NCBI GenBank assembly: GCA_963785225.1
Contig: CAWAUQ010000009.1
Location: forward strand, 115,255-179,254
From: an uncultured delta proteobacterium
Lineage (GTDB): Bacteria > Desulfobacterota > Syntrophorhabdia > Syntrophorhabdales > Syntrophorhabdaceae
Direction: 5' to 3'
DNA: 64,000 bases
Shown here piece after piece: positions 1 through 10,132 of the stretch. The notes beneath the pieces are model-generated. The model did no database searches. It was not told where the DNA came from and saw only the letters and a program-made list of their open reading frames with translations. Positions within the stretch are counted from its first letter, which is position 1. Each line of letters begins with the position of its first letter. The translations under genes and the position numbers were made by a program.

Positions 1-231
1 ATGGAACCATGTGTGTTAAGTATCTTACAAAAAAGCTCATAGCGACAAATAAATTTTCTTAATTCCTGCGTGGGAACGAACTTTGCGAAATTCTGCAATT
101 TTTCTATGTTTGTCCCAATACTCCTGGAAAAAAACTCATCCATTTCACATCTCAGATTTATTTCGTCAGATGTAGTCCTATCAGGTTCAGTAAATCTTGC
201 CGGATCTTTTCGATTCATATAATTTTTTACC

Positions 232-1197
232 TCATTGTTTTGCTGTCTTATCATAAAATTCGTGGTTTTTATAGATAGTATGAATCTGCTTCATCTCTTC
301 GTCGGTCAGCCGGATCATCTGAGAAACCGCTGCATTTTCCATGACTTCATCGGTATTCATCATGCCCGGAATAACTGTAGATACAGCACTAAAGTCCAAA
401 CAGAATCGAATTGCAACCTGGGCTGGCGTGCGCTTCTTTTGTTCATACAGGAACGAAAACAACTGAGGAGCTTGAGCCCAGCGTTCTAATTGGTTTTTCG
501 GCCAGTTCGCTCGATGGTCAACACCCTTAAACTGCTCGTCACCGTGGAGTTTACCCGTCAGATAGCCAAAGGTCAAAGGTGTTCTCACAATCACACCAAT
601 ATTATCCGCTTTTGCCAGATCGAAAAAACCGCTATCAAGGGCTCTTTGGTCGATCATATTGAAATTGACTTCCACTACACGGAACCTGAACTCATCAACC
701 GCCCGTACGGCATCCTGGGGGGTCCTTGTGGATATGCCGTATGATTTAATTTTTCCCACAGACTGCATGGTTTCAAGGACTTGGAAAAGGTCCTTATTCT
801 GCCGCAAATCTTCAAGACTAGGACTATGGAGCAGATATAGATCGATGTAGTCAGTCCTTAATCGTTTCAGACTATCACCTATTGCCTGCTCGATGTGCCG
901 AGACGAAAAATCCTGCGGCATATCAAATGTAGTATGGGGTAGCATACCACCTTTTGTAGTAATAATTACTTTGTCACGACAATGAGAAAACACGTCTCCC
1001 AGTATCTCCTCGCTATGGCCGTTTCCATACAGATCGGCTGTATCAAAAAAATTAATCCCCGTTTCAAGGGCAACCTGCAGAGCTTTCTTGGACACAGTGT
1101 CGTCCACGTGCCCGTATGCATTACCACCAATACCCCAGGTTCCAAAACCAATCTCGGATACATCTAAACCTGTTTGTCCCAGTTTTCTATAGTTCAC
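232..1197 (-). CDS. aldo/keto reductase family oxidoreductase
   Basis: ORF 232..1314. Motifs NYRKLGQTGLDVSEIGFGTWGIGG and DTADLYGNGHSEE are typical of AKRs. Start trimmed to GTG at 1197, right after the upstream stop at 1202, so the protein begins VNYRKLG. Confidence 0.8.
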   Translation of the reverse strand: MNYRKLGQTGLDVSEIGFGTWGIGGNAYGHVDDTVSKKALQVALETGINFFDTADLYGNGHSEEILGDVFSHCRDKVIITTKGGMLPHTTFDMPQDFSSRHIEQAIGDSLKRLRTDYIDLYLLHSPSLEDLRQNKDLFQVLETMQSVGKIKSYGISTRTPQDAVRAVDEFRFRVVEVNFNMIDQRALDSGFFDLAKADNIGVIVRTPLTFGYLTGKLHGDEQFKGVDHRANWPKNQLERWAQAPQLFSFLYEQKKRTPAQVAIRFCLDFSAVSTVIPGMMNTDEVMENAAVSQMIRLTDEEMKQIHTIYKNHEFYDKTAKQ

Positions 1198-1201
1198 CGA
1201 T

Positions 1202-2206
1202 TCACCCTTTTTTGTCCGTAGACTTCCTTCTATTCGATTTATTGTAAAGACGAACAACTTCCGGTTGGTTCTCAATAGCATTGCAAAACCATCGGATTGT
1301 TTTTTCAATACCATCTTTAAAAGGGGTATACTTGAAGTGAGATAATACTGCTAAACGCGAGTTATCTGTATTTTTCCTGAATATGCCCAGAGGTTTTGAT
1401 GTATCGAAACAAATCCTATCCGTATCAATACCCATAATATCTGCAATCATAAAAGCAATATCTCTGACAGAGTTCTCTTCGGTAGAACCAATATTCAACA
1501 CCTGAATACCATTGTAATGCTCCAGAGCCCATATGTAAATTCGGGCAAGATCCTTTGAATAACTATATTCACGAAGCGGTGTACCATCCCCCCAGATTAC
1601 AATATCATCATTGTTATCTTTGTTTTCATAAAAACGCCTGATCAGCGATGGCACCATAGTTGCGTCATCATAATTAAAGTTGTCATTCTCGCCAAAAATA
1701 CCACCTGGAATCAGCCCTATAACATTCATGTCATATTCTTCACTGTACGCTCTTATAGCTGGATCTATTAATCTCTTGGCAAACGACAAACCATAGTTCG
1801 ATTCATGAGGATATCCATCGTGGATATATTCCTCCCTTAAAGGCAGAGGAGCGTTTGTGGGATACATTCCCGCGGTAAGAGTCATAATTGTCTTCTTAAC
1901 ACGGCATTTTCTTGCGGCTTCAAGCACGCTGAATGTCATGATAATATTATCACGGAGCAACGTCGCCGGATGTTTAATACTAAGACCAATGCCACCGCTC
2001 ACAGCGGCCAGATGTAGCACCGCTTCCGGTTCGTGCAGTTCGAAGAACCGAAGGGTAGCCGATGCATCCGTAAGATTGCACTCGGAAGAACTCGGAAAAA
2101 TGAACTCGTTCTCCGGATATTCAACACTAATCGATCGCACTGCCGTACCCAGTACAGCAGATGAGCCAGTAACCAGTATTCTTTTGTACTTTAATGAATC
2201 AGACAT
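1202..2206 (-). CDS. NAD(P)-dependent sugar epimerase/reductase, GDP-L-fucose synthase-like
   Basis: ORF 1202..2275. Rossmann motif ILVTGSSAVLGTAV; overall layout resembles the Fcl/WcaG family. Start moved to MSDSLKYKRILVTG (2206), which overlaps the upstream stop by 8 nt. Confidence 0.7.
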   Translation of the reverse strand: MSDSLKYKRILVTGSSAVLGTAVRSISVEYPENEFIFPSSSECNLTDASATLRFFELHEPEAVLHLAAVSGGIGLSIKHPATLLRDNIIMTFSVLEAARKCRVKKTIMTLTAGMYPTNAPLPLREEYIHDGYPHESNYGLSFAKRLIDPAIRAYSEEYDMNVIGLIPGGIFGENDNFNYDDATMVPSLIRRFYENKDNNDDIVIWGDGTPLREYSYSKDLARIYIWALEHYNGIQVLNIGSTEENSVRDIAFMIADIMGIDTDRICFDTSKPLGIFRKNTDNSRLAVLSHFKYTPFKDGIEKTIRWFCNAIENQPEVVRLYNKSNRRKSTDKKG

Positions 2207-3131
2207 TACTAAACTGATTCCTCCGGATAACTTTGTATCCTTTAATGAGTTCGGCAATACCCTCTTGAATAGCATACAATGTCTTGAACCCTGTATTTTC
2301 TATTTTTTGATTACTAACCATGTAGTTGCGTTTATCTGGATCCTCTCCTACCGCTGCCTCTACAAAATAGAAATCAGGCAATTGTTTCTTGATTTCATCA
2401 CATAACTGCCATTTGCTCAGATTGGCAGTACTTAGCCCTACATTGTAGGGCTCATCCTTCATTTTTTTAAAATTGTCCAAACAGTGGATAAATGCTCTCG
2501 CCACATCACGAACGTGAAGATAATTCCTCATAAAATGAGCCTCAAACAAAACAAGGAACCGATCATAGAGGGCCCGGTATGTAAAATCATTTACGAGTAG
2601 ATCAAGACGCATCCTGGGGCTCACGCCGAACACGGTTGCCAGTCGAAGGGTAATCACATTACCGTCCGCAAGCAGTTCATTTTCAATCTGAACTTTAAGT
2701 TTTCCATATAGTGATATTGGTCTGAGGGGTGTTTCTTCGGTGCAATCAGTACCTTTTTGACCGATACCGTATCCGCTGTTTGTCGTTGGAAATATTATCA
2801 CTTGGGACTTGCTCCGAAGTTTAAGGATCAAACGAACTGCTTCATAGTTAATCGATGTTGCTTCAAGAGGCATTTTTTCACAGAGAGGTGCCCCCACGAG
2901 ACACGCAAGAGGGAAGATGGCATCAGCATTACGTATCACATCAGCCATGAGAGATTCATCCCGAACATCTCCCCGGAATATTTGCAGTTCCTCTCGGTAG
3001 CAACTATCCAGAAGTGATGTTTGATTGTACAAAAAATTGTCTACAACCGTCACATCGTGCCCTTTCTCCAATAACAAAGGGACCATCACGGACCCGATAT
3101 AGCCTGCACCACCAGTCACCAAAATTTTCAT
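2199..3131 (-). CDS. NAD-dependent epimerase/dehydratase (extended SDR)
   Basis: 310 aa starting MKILVTGGAGYIGS. Catalytic region contains YGKLK (YxxxK). Confidence 0.8.
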   Translation of the reverse strand: MKILVTGGAGYIGSVMVPLLLEKGHDVTVVDNFLYNQTSLLDSCYREELQIFRGDVRDESLMADVIRNADAIFPLACLVGAPLCEKMPLEATSINYEAVRLILKLRSKSQVIIFPTTNSGYGIGQKGTDCTEETPLRPISLYGKLKVQIENELLADGNVITLRLATVFGVSPRMRLDLLVNDFTYRALYDRFLVLFEAHFMRNYLHVRDVARAFIHCLDNFKKMKDEPYNVGLSTANLSKWQLCDEIKKQLPDFYFVEAAVGEDPDKRNYMVSNQKIENTGFKTLYAIQEGIAELIKGYKVIRRNQFSNV

Positions 3132-3144
3132 AGTATTCTCTCCA

Positions 3145-4095
3145 TCACGAATGTTGGGTCAAAATCCATTCCAAGACCGATTCTTTATTAAAACCACTTT
3201 GTCCATAAAGGAAATCTCGATTACCGAACTTGAACACATATTCATCCTTGAATCCAAAGCGCTTTACCTGGATGTCAGCCTGACAATCATTAACGAGAGC
3301 AAGAACGAGGCTGTCCAAACCACCCTTCCCGATAAACGCTTCTTCCAATGTTATAACCGTTTTATACTGTTTCAGCACTTCAAGAAGAGACTTCTCATTG
3401 ATAGGCTTGAGCATGAACACATCTACAACACCTATCGCATCGCTATTGATATTCTTAGATATTTCAAGCGCCATATGGGTCATAAATCCGGAGGACACGA
3501 TACATATCGTCTCCCCTTTTTCCAATTCATAAAAACCATTTTCAAAAGAAGGGGCCATTTTTTCACTATAAATAAAAGGTAGGGGCTTACCGTCGAGTCG
3601 AATGTACTTAGGCTTTTTCATTTGAATTGAGTAATCCACAAAAGATTGAGCCAGATAGCTGTCGCTCGGTGAAAACACAACCATGTTTGGAAGAGTTCTC
3701 ATGACAGATATATCTTCAAGGCAATGATGGGTAGGTCCGGATATATCATAGCTAACACCTGCCCCTACACCTATGATATTTACATTGAGCTCCCTTACCT
3801 GGGATGAAAGAGCAAGATTCACACGAATTTGTTCATAAGACCTCAGAAGAAATGGAGCTATTGCATAGGCATAAACAGTGAATCCTTCAAGCGCTAATCC
3901 AGCCGCCACATTGACAAGGTTTTGTTCGGCAATTCCGACATTAATAAAACGGTCTTTGAAGTCAACTCGCAGTTTATCCAGGATTGGAGCGCCCATATCT
4001 GCTGAAAGAAAGTAAATTTGTCTGTCATCATGCATCCGCCTGTAAATACCTTCTATTAAGGCATCCCGCATGGTTTTCATTTTTGTGCCGCTCAT
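3145..4095 (-). CDS. transketolase, C-terminal (pyrimidine-binding) subunit
   Basis: 316 aa. FLSADMGAP...INVGIAEQNLVNVAAGLALEG is the typical Tkt Pyr-domain motif. Lies immediately after the N-terminal subunit gene (adjacent stop and start). Confidence 0.85.
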   Translation of the reverse strand: MSGTKMKTMRDALIEGIYRRMHDDRQIYFLSADMGAPILDKLRVDFKDRFINVGIAEQNLVNVAAGLALEGFTVYAYAIAPFLLRSYEQIRVNLALSSQVRELNVNIIGVGAGVSYDISGPTHHCLEDISVMRTLPNMVVFSPSDSYLAQSFVDYSIQMKKPKYIRLDGKPLPFIYSEKMAPSFENGFYELEKGETICIVSSGFMTHMALEISKNINSDAIGVVDVFMLKPINEKSLLEVLKQYKTVITLEEAFIGKGGLDSLVLALVNDCQADIQVKRFGFKDEYVFKFGNRDFLYGQSGFNKESVLEWILTQHS

Positions 4096-4908
4096 TTAGC
4101 CTCGTTGAAGTAAGATATCCACGTCTTCAGGCGATAGGGATCTGATATGGCAAAGTTCATCTTCTTCCAGTCGTGGCACGCCTCTGGCCTTCCTGGTATG
4201 AGCAATCATCACGGCAGGAAGTTTTTCTTGTTGATTCAACATCTCGCCTAACGTATCATAAACCTTTTTCAGATCATGACCATCGGTAACATAAGCTTTC
4301 CAGCCAAAGGCTATGAATTTCTCTTCCAAGGGTTCCATGCCAAGGATATCTTTCTGGTACCCCAACATCGACATCTTGTTATTGTCTACAATGACGAAAA
4401 GGTTATCCAGTCGGTGAAATGCGGCAAACATAATAGCTTCCCACATACTCCCGGAATTTAGCTCTCCATCGCCACATAAAACAAAAACTCGCCGGTTTAG
4501 GCCTTTTCTTTTCAATGCCAACGCTACCCCGCATGCTACACCCAGGCCATGGCCCAACGAACCATTTATTGTTTCAAAACCGGGGATCAAAGTGTCGGGG
4601 ATGACACCCAAGAACGAATCACTCTGACTGATTTTTGACAACTCATCCAAACTGAAAAAACCAAGATCAGCGAGAATGGGATACATCGAGATTGCTCCGT
4701 GCCCCTTGCTGATGATAAGACGGTCCCTTTCCTCAGCAAGAGGAAAATCGGGCCTGTATCGCATCAACCCACTGTAAAAAAGGACGACAAGTATTTCGAT
4801 ATCGGATAGAGACGATGCCAGCCTTGTCTCTGGCGCACGACGATGAAGCGCAAGCGTTTCCCTCCAAACCCAATCTGCTCTTTCCTTCATTTGCTTTAGC
4901 AATTCCAT
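4096..4908 (-). CDS. transketolase, N-terminal (ThDP-binding) subunit
   Basis: 270 aa. SKGHGAISMYPILA and ThDP motif GDGELNSGSMWEA...NLFVIVDNN. Confidence 0.85.
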   Translation of the reverse strand: MELLKQMKERADWVWRETLALHRRAPETRLASSLSDIEILVVLFYSGLMRYRPDFPLAEERDRLIISKGHGAISMYPILADLGFFSLDELSKISQSDSFLGVIPDTLIPGFETINGSLGHGLGVACGVALALKRKGLNRRVFVLCGDGELNSGSMWEAIMFAAFHRLDNLFVIVDNNKMSMLGYQKDILGMEPLEEKFIAFGWKAYVTDGHDLKKVYDTLGEMLNQQEKLPAVMIAHTRKARGVPRLEEDELCHIRSLSPEDVDILLQRG

Positions 4909-4927
4909 CGCTTAACCTCAAGAAATA

Positions 4928-5389
4928 TCAACACACTTTACAACGATCACCGCTTAAATAATCTGCGATAGGACGAATGGCAGGCTGTACAATATTTTCT
5001 GGCAGTTGATTACGGTAAAAAAACTTTACTTCAAAACTCTCGCTGCTTGCTCTTAGGTTGCCAGAAACGACAGATGCTATAAAGATTACATCAATAATAT
5101 GAGCCAAGTCACCATTATCAGGATAACGTACAATTCTACCATCCTGAGGATCTGAATAAATCCCTAAGAATCCGGTAATCTCGACTAATAAGCCTGTCTC
5201 TTCTTGAATCTCTCTTATAGCCGTCGCTTCCAGTGTTTCACCAGGGGAAACAGCACCGCCAGGAAGCCCCCATAAACCATTATCCCTGCGTCTTTCAAGA
5301 AGAAATTCTCCAGATCCCTTTTCAACAAAAGCACCAGCGCCTATTTTAACCCGTGTGTGCTGTGGGTCCGTTACTATTTTTGAATACAT
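4928..5389 (-). CDS. NUDIX hydrolase
   Basis: Nudix box GLPGGAVSPGETLEATAIREIQEETGL. Start set at MYSKIV (5389), one nt after the upstream TAA at 5391..5393. Confidence 0.8.
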   Translation of the reverse strand: MYSKIVTDPQHTRVKIGAGAFVEKGSGEFLLERRRDNGLWGLPGGAVSPGETLEATAIREIQEETGLLVEITGFLGIYSDPQDGRIVRYPDNGDLAHIIDVIFIASVVSGNLRASSESFEVKFFYRNQLPENIVQPAIRPIADYLSGDRCKVC

Positions 5390-5390
5390 T

Positions 5391-6104
5391 TTATCCTTCA
5401 CGGTTTCTTTGAAAAACAAAATTTACTGTAGCATATGACTCTGGAGTTCCTATATCAATGAATGTTCCAAAACATTTGAATCCATATACATCATGGTCAA
5501 TGAACCTCGGCAGCAATTCCCGTTCAAGAGATATGACCTGGCCCTCTTTCACTTGATCATATAAATCTCGCCTAAAAATATACATCCCCGCATTGATCCA
5601 GTGTTCTGTCCCGTCAAGTTTTTTTTCTTCAAACGATGTCACTCTGTCACCCATGAGTTTCACGGTCCCATATCTGCTTGGATCTTCCACACTTCTCAAT
5701 ACAAGAGTTGCCGCAGCCCCCTTCTCGTAATGAAATTGTATGAGGTCATTGATATTGATTTCAACGTATGTATCGCCATTCATGACTAAGACATCATTAG
5801 TTTCCGTGTATTGAAGCGCCTTTTTCGTGGCCCCACCAGTCCCTAATAAATCTTTCTCTTCGGAATAAATGATCTCGAACCTATACTTTCCTGGATCAGC
5901 AAATTCAACCCTAATTTTTTCCGCCATGTGTCCAACTGCAATGACTACCCTCTGCAAGCACGGCCACTTGTTAAGAGAATCCAACACTAGCTCAAGAAAG
6001 GGTCTCCCATTAACAGGGGCTAGGACCTTGGGCTGGTCTTTAACCACCTCCCGCAATCGCGTTCCGAGCCCTCCAGCAAGAATAATAGCGTCAATTCTCT
6101 TCAT
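5391..6104 (-). CDS. sugar-1-phosphate nucleotidyltransferase (HddC/GlmU-N-like)
   Basis: 237 aa. N-terminal AIILAGGLGTRLREV...PKVLAPV motif of the NTP_transferase family. Confidence 0.8.
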   Translation of the reverse strand: MKRIDAIILAGGLGTRLREVVKDQPKVLAPVNGRPFLELVLDSLNKWPCLQRVVIAVGHMAEKIRVEFADPGKYRFEIIYSEEKDLLGTGGATKKALQYTETNDVLVMNGDTYVEININDLIQFHYEKGAAATLVLRSVEDPSRYGTVKLMGDRVTSFEEKKLDGTEHWINAGMYIFRRDLYDQVKEGQVISLERELLPRFIDHDVYGFKCFGTFIDIGTPESYATVNFVFQRNREG

Positions 6105-6172
6105 ATATAAAATCTGCTGATCGCAAAAACGGTATTTTCGTTGTGCAATTGTTTTTTATGTTTTGCATTTTT

Positions 6173-7487
6173 TTACCCAGAACAGTTCTCCTCATCAGTG
6201 ATAAAACGACAATCCCATTCACATGGATAGTAGATAAGACCTGCTTGGATAGAAGTCCGCCACTGTTTCTCCGGATTAAACGGGACATCCGATATGGAAA
6301 AAGACAAAGCTTCATAAAGATAATCGGCTATTTTTAACGTTCCAACAGCCCCAATTTCTATATTGTAATAGTCCGGCTTCAATATATTCTGCTCGATTCG
6401 TACACGATATTCGGTAATCCCCTGGATAATTTGTCCGGCAGGTTATTATAGATCTGATGAGTACAAAAAATATATCCCAGCTTTCTGTTACTAACTGCGA
6501 GTCCAATTGTAAGCATATTCGCAATCCTCATTGGAATATCCACGAAAAACTATCTCAAAGGGCTCTCCAAAAAGAATCTCGTTCACGTACTCACCTCTGA
6601 ATTCATGATATATATATCGGTCCATTTGAATATACTTTACGGGTTTGATATACCTAAAGACCGAATTCCAGGGTCGCTCAGATCTCTTCTGGCCATGTGC
6701 ATATCGGAACCCATGCTTACATAAGCGTTAACTACTTTTTCGGTCTCTCCGCTTGATATAACGGATCCCTCATTCAGAAGAAATGCCTTGCTGCAAAGCT
6801 CACTGACGGATTGCAGGTTATGGCTTACATATAAAACTGTTCTACCGCCTTTCTTGGAGATTTCGCCCATCTTTCCCACACATTTTTTTTGAAATTGCAC
6901 ATCACCAACAGATAACACCTCATCGACAATGAGTATTTCCGGTTCCAGGTGAGCCGCCACAGCAAAGGCAAGTCGAACATACATGCCCGATGGAATAGCG
7001 TTTTACAGGTGTATCGATAAATTGCTCGACTTCTGCAAAATCAACAATCGCGTCAAACTTACGATAATCTCTTTTTTTCTCATTCCCAGGATACACCATT
7101 GAGATAGATATTCTCCCGACCGGTCAGTTCCGGATGAAAGCCGGTTCCCACTTCCAGAGACTGGCGACACGACCATTGAGTTTGACTTCACCCTTCGTCG
7201 GTGCAGTAATACGGGAAATGATCTTAAACAGCGTGGATTTGCCGGCCCCGTTACGTCCGATAATGCCGACAACGTCACCTCGTCTCACATCAAAGGAAAC
7301 GTCATCAAGGGCAAGAAATGAGTCTTTGGAAGAAGCCATTCCCGATAATGATATTTTAGTGTTTGGATCTTCATTACCCCAATTTTGGCCCACCAACTTT
7401 GAATATCCCGGTATAGCATACCCTGGCCAATCGTACCTAAAGGTATTTTTTCGTTACATGCTCTAATCTGACAACTGTATCACTCAT
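6173..7487 (-). pseudogene. wzt: Wzt-like polysaccharide ABC exporter ATPase with C-terminal carbohydrate-binding-type domain; multiple frame breaks
   Basis: Fragments lie in three frames. They are MSDTVVRLEHVTKKY (start 7487); Walker A GRNGAGKSTLFKI (ORF 7124..7396); [27 protein letters not shown] (ORF 6637..6984, signature region plus Walker B); and a C-terminal domain readable through 6173..6640 with further shifts. I count at least 5 breaks. Total length of about 438 codons fits Wzt. Confidence 0.7.
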
Positions 7488-7493
7488 AATTTT

Positions 7494-8345
7494 TCAAACT
7501 GTGTCCATAAAAGTTCTCTGATGCGCCTGAAAAGTACAATGCCGGCACCAGAAAGGTAAGCGTAACTGCCAGGCCAGATAACGGGATACTAACGGTTTCA
7601 CAGAACCTGTGCCCAGAAAGGCGCAGCGGAAAAGCTCAATGATGACTGACATGGGATTCAGTGCAAATAACCATCGCCAGTGTTCAGGAATCTGAGACAT
7701 AGGATAGATGATAGGAGTAGCATACATCCAAAGTTGAATTCCAATAGTGATAGCAAATTTAAGATCCCTGTATTTTGTGGTTAGTGATGAGACTATTATC
7801 CCAAAACCAAGTCCGAGCATTCCCATTTGTAAAATAAGAAAAGGGGCAAGAAGGATAAGCAGGTTAGGCTTAATTATGGCGCCTTTCAGATAATAAAAGA
7901 GCAAAAAAGACAGGAAAATTGAAAACTGTATAATAAATGTCATCAAATTGGTGATGACGATAGCTATCGGAACGGCCAAACGCGGAAAATATACTTTACC
8001 AAAAATACTCGCATTATCAACAAAAGTATTTGATGTCCCGGACAAACAACTTGCAAAGTAATTCCATACGACAATGCCGGACATGTAGAACAGTGGTGGT
8101 GGCATACCGTCGGTGGGAATATTGGCTATTTTACCGAACACAATGGTATATACAATTGTTGAAAAGAGCGGCTGTAGCAGAAACCATATCGGCCCCAGGA
8201 CAGTTTGCTTGTAAATGGCAACAAAGTCTCTTCTAACAAATAGAAAAATCAGATCGCGATAATGCCATAATTCTTCCAGGTTTACGTCCAACCATCTACT
8301 ACGGGGGCTGATGATCATTGTCCAGTTATTATTATTGTCCGACAC
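7494..8345 (-). CDS. wzm: ABC-2 type polysaccharide exporter permease (Wzm-like)
   Basis: 283 aa, multi-TM, with the typical N-terminal WHYRDLIFLFVRRDFVAIYKQTVLGPIWFLLQP. The last ~35 codons look like a compensated pair of frameshifts. An alternative frame reads a TM-like segment VSIPLSGLAVTLTFLVPALYF before returning to ...QAHQRTFMDTV. Confidence 0.75.
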   Translation of the reverse strand: MSDNNNNWTMIISPRSRWLDVNLEELWHYRDLIFLFVRRDFVAIYKQTVLGPIWFLLQPLFSTIVYTIVFGKIANIPTDGMPPPLFYMSGIVVWNYFASCLSGTSNTFVDNASIFGKVYFPRLAVPIAIVITNLMTFIIQFSIFLSFLLFYYLKGAIIKPNLLILLAPFLILQMGMLGLGFGIIVSSLTTKYRDLKFAITIGIQLWMYATPIIYPMSQIPEHWRWLFALNPMSVIIELFRCAFLGTGSVKPLVSRYLAWQLRLPFWCRHCTFQAHQRTFMDTV

Positions 8346-8485
8346 GCTTTCTCCTAAATGATGCAGGTCTTGTTGCCAATCAATAAGCTCATTTTAAAAT
8401 GCAAGCCTCTATCGATCTCTTTTTCTTACGCTTCGACATATGCCTGATTATAGCTTTCCCTAATTCGGCAAATGTTGCGCCGCCC

Positions 8486-9004
8486 TCAAAAGGTCCGGCA
8501 CAACGTGTGTAGCCTTTGTGTTTTCCTGTATATTGAGCCATAACCAGTGAGCACAAGGTAAGTCCTGAGGCCAAGTTTGTGTCCTGCATCAATATCAGAG
8601 TTTTTGTCTCCAATGAGAGCTAATTCATAACTTTTATAGTGATTTTCATTCATAATTGATTCAATAAGTAAAGCGTTTGGCTTTCTGCATAAACATGCTT
8701 TCGTATACTCGGGTATTATCCCCTCCGGGTGATGTGGACAATATAAAGTCTTTTCTATTGTAATCCCTTCCATTTGAAATAGCTTGAGCATATATTCTGT
8801 TATTTCCTTGAATTGATCCTCGGTATAATAACCTTTTGCGATACCGGCCTGGTTAGTAACGATAAATACTTTAATCCCATATTGAGCCAACAACTTGAGA
8901 CCTTCAATCGCTCCCGGCAGCAGTTCAAAATCTTCGGATTTATAGACATAACCCTTATCAACATTTATTGTTCCATCACGATCAACAAAAACTGCTTTAA
9001 TCAT
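8486..9004 (-). CDS. gmhB: D-glycero-D-manno-heptose 1,7-bisphosphate phosphatase (HAD, GmhB-like)
   Basis: FVDRDGTIN (DxDGT), IVTNQAGIAKG, CPHHPEG...CxCRKP zinc motif and GDKNSDIDAG. Start set at MIKAVFVDRDG (9004). The C-terminal ~15 codons are uncertain because ORF 8389..8613 overlaps in another frame. Confidence 0.8.
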   Translation of the reverse strand: MIKAVFVDRDGTINVDKGYVYKSEDFELLPGAIEGLKLLAQYGIKVFIVTNQAGIAKGYYTEDQFKEITEYMLKLFQMEGITIEKTLYCPHHPEGIIPEYTKACLCRKPNALLIESIMNENHYKSYELALIGDKNSDIDAGHKLGLRTYLVLTGYGSIYRKTQRLHTLCRTF

Positions 9005-9592
9005 CCTTGCATAATTCCTCTTCGACCAATTCAGCGATAATGTGCTCAACTAATAAATGCATTTCTTGTATTCGTGGTGTATGTGATGATGGGACCTTTA
9101 TTATCAAATCGACACAATTCGTCACTGGATCTGTAATTTCTCCTGTTAACAGAATAGTTTGTATGCAATTTTTTTTTGCATTAATAAAAGCACTGAGAAC
9201 ATTTTCCGAGTTGCCACTCGTGCTTATGCCCAATAGGATATCACCACTTTTTCCTATTGCGTCAACTTGCGACTAAATACATGAGCGTAGGAATAGTCGT
9301 TTGAGATTGACGTCAAAATGGAAGTATCTGTAGTTAGTGCCACAGCCGGTAATGGATTTCTATTTTTGAGAAATTTACACACAAATTCACCGGCAAGGTG
9401 CTGTGCGTCAGCGGCGCTTCCACCATTACCACAAATCATTAATTTGTTACCCTTTTTAAAAGATTCGACAATCCACGATGATGTTTGCAGTATCCTTCTC
9501 ATGGTATCCTCGTTATTCATTAACACATCGAGGTTATCTATAGTGTTTGCAATAATTTGTTTAATCATGCTGTTCTTATTATGACCATTCAT
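8997..9592 (-). pseudogene. gmhA: phosphoheptose isomerase (SIS domain, GmhA), split by one frame break near 9235-9255
   Basis: ORF 9254..9592 carries ICGNGGSAADAQHLAGEF. ORF 8997..9233 carries GISTSGNSENVLSA...LTGE...HLLVEH. Together they make a full-length GmhA. Confidence 0.75.
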
Positions 9593-9622
9593 CTATTTTT
9601 GACCATATCATTTTAATGCAGT

Positions 9623-9949
9623 TATTCTATGCTATCGCTTAATTTATACTCATTTTTTAATTCATTGATCTCACGTCTCAGTCTTTCATATTCTTCAATT
9701 TTTGTTCGAAAAATATTGCGTTTGTTTCATACGGGCATTGATTCCCTGCGGAGTCAAAGCATAGATGTAAGCCGCTTTATTGCTGGAATTTTTGAACCGT
9801 TGTGTCTTGACATATCCCTTTTTTATTAGTTCTTTCATAATATAGTTGACACTGCCGAGGCTTAATCCTACTTTTTTTGAAAGGTCACGTTGAGACACCG
9901 TACCTTCTACGGATAATTCTCTAAGAGTTTTAAATTCCGCTTCGTTCAT
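9623..9949 (-). pseudogene. MarR-family winged-helix regulator (EPS-associated type), one frame break near 9705
   Basis: ORF 9695..9949 has a wHTH (VSQRDLSKKVGLSLGSVNYIMKELIKKGYV). Removing one T from a T5 run continues the protein as ...QYFRTKIEEYERLRREINELKNEYKLSDSIE, ending at TAA 9623..9625. Confidence 0.55.
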
Positions 9950-10132
9950 CTTGAAATTGAGGATAGGCTACCGCCATAGGGTGTGTTTACAATATCAGGA
10001 AATAATAATAATTTTTGATATGTTCAACCATTGAACACATACATCATGCCAGTAAAACTATGCTATGTCAAGGAATAATTTTGTTGCTATATATCTTTCT
10101 TTTCTCGGTTGATTTCCATGAAAAGAGAGCTC

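Noticed and set aside
8389-8613. 74-aa minus-strand ORF overlapping the gmhB 3' end
   Set aside because: It is most likely an alternative-frame continuation caused by an indel near the gmhB C-terminus, not a separate gene. I could not decide which frame is the native C-terminus.
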